Origin: Octopus vulgaris
Lineage: Eukaryota
Length of the DNA stretch: 64,000 nucleotides
Assembly (NCBI GenBank): GCA_951406725.2
Contig: OX597814.1
Span: 182,528,001-182,592,000 of the forward strand
Direction of reading: 5' to 3'
Shown here: one piece after another, positions 63,104 to 64,000 of the stretch
Position numbering within the stretch: position 1 is the first letter of the stretch
Layout: each line of letters opens with the position of its first letter
The notes under the pieces: generated by a model
The model's input: the letters and a program-made list of their open reading frames with translations, nothing else
The model's database searches: none
Told to the model about the DNA's origin: nothing
Position numbers and translations under genes: made by a program

Positions 63104-63624
63104 AAGTAGTTTGCTTACGAACCACATGGTTCCGGGTTTAGTCCCACGGCAAGTGTCTTCTACTTTAGCCTCGGGCCGACCAAAGCCTTGTGAGTGGATT
63201 TGGTAGACGGAAACTGAAAGAAGCCTGTCGTATATATGTATATGTTTGTGTGTCTGTGTTTGTCCCCCCAACATCGCTTGACAACCAATGCTGGTGTGTT
63301 TACGTCCCTGTAACTTAGCAATTCGGCAAGTGATACCGATAGAATAAGTACTAGGCTTACAAAGAATAAGTCCTGGGGTCGATTTGCTTGACTAAAGGCA
63401 GTGCTCCAGCATGGCCACAGTCACATGACTGAAACAAGTAAAAGAGTATACCCAACTCCCCATCATGAACAGTATGCAACTAGAACTCACAGTTATTACA
63501 AACACTAGGCGTCATCATCACTGAGGATCTCTCCTGGCAAAGCATACGAAAAAAACAAACGATGAAGACAGGTGGTGTACAAAATAAACAGATGTATTAG
63601 TATAACGCTCGGGAATAGAAAAAG

Positions 63625-63661
63625 TCTTTTACGTTTCGAGCCTACGCTCTTCTACAGAAAG
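63625..63661 (-). ncRNA. Second copy of the minimal hammerhead-like motif (variant core)
   Basis: Minus strand cttt-CTGTAGA-A-GAGC(GTAG)GCTC-GAAA-CG-TA-aaaga, within repeat ~63548-63725 homologous to 2390-2600. Confidence 0.5.
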
Positions 63662-63723
63662 GGTCACAGAAGAAACAAGGGGAGAAAAAAATGTGTGTAG
63701 TGACTAACAATCTATCATGGCGA

Positions 63724-63770
<47 letters not shown>

Positions 63771-64000
63771 GATAATAATAATAAATGACAACAAAAAAAT
63801 GAGACCTTGATATTAAGTAAATAGAGGAATTTATATATATATAGTTTAGGGCAATCAGTAAGTTGTCATAATAGGACTCAGAGTTTCAAATGCCAGTGCT
63901 AAGAGCTACGATGCATTCTCATCGGCCATTATGACAATAGATGCTATAAAAAAAAACATTGAATAAAAGGGAAGTTACTCCAATAGGTAGGATAAAATAT

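Overview
Eukaryotic, AT-rich, repeat-dense genomic DNA. The tRNA-derived SINEs, RTE/CR1 LINE debris and (TA)n/(CAT)n microsatellites suggest an octopus or other coleoid cephalopod (inference). Two host genes lie head-to-head. PMS2 (MutL-family mismatch-repair endonuclease) is on the minus strand: I reconstructed 21 coding exons by hand between 6561 and 36782 (~844 aa), with GT-AG boundaries and consistent phases. The first three coding exons of a PRP4 kinase-like gene (PRPF4B) are on the plus strand from 43909, and the gene continues past the window. The window opens inside an ORF resembling herpesvirus tegument-like deubiquitinases, with both catalytic residues replaced. Main items for follow-up: a canonical type I hammerhead ribozyme (27813-27861) plus variant minimal hammerheads; a Neptune-type Penelope-like retroelement between ~950-bp inverted arms that include host flank; an ORF1-only Tx1/L1-like element inserted into the tRNA head of a SINE; a duplicated PMS2 exon; and a PMS2 exon broken by a SINE. 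Some stretches look like assembly or polishing artefacts. All calls are by eye; no database searches were run.
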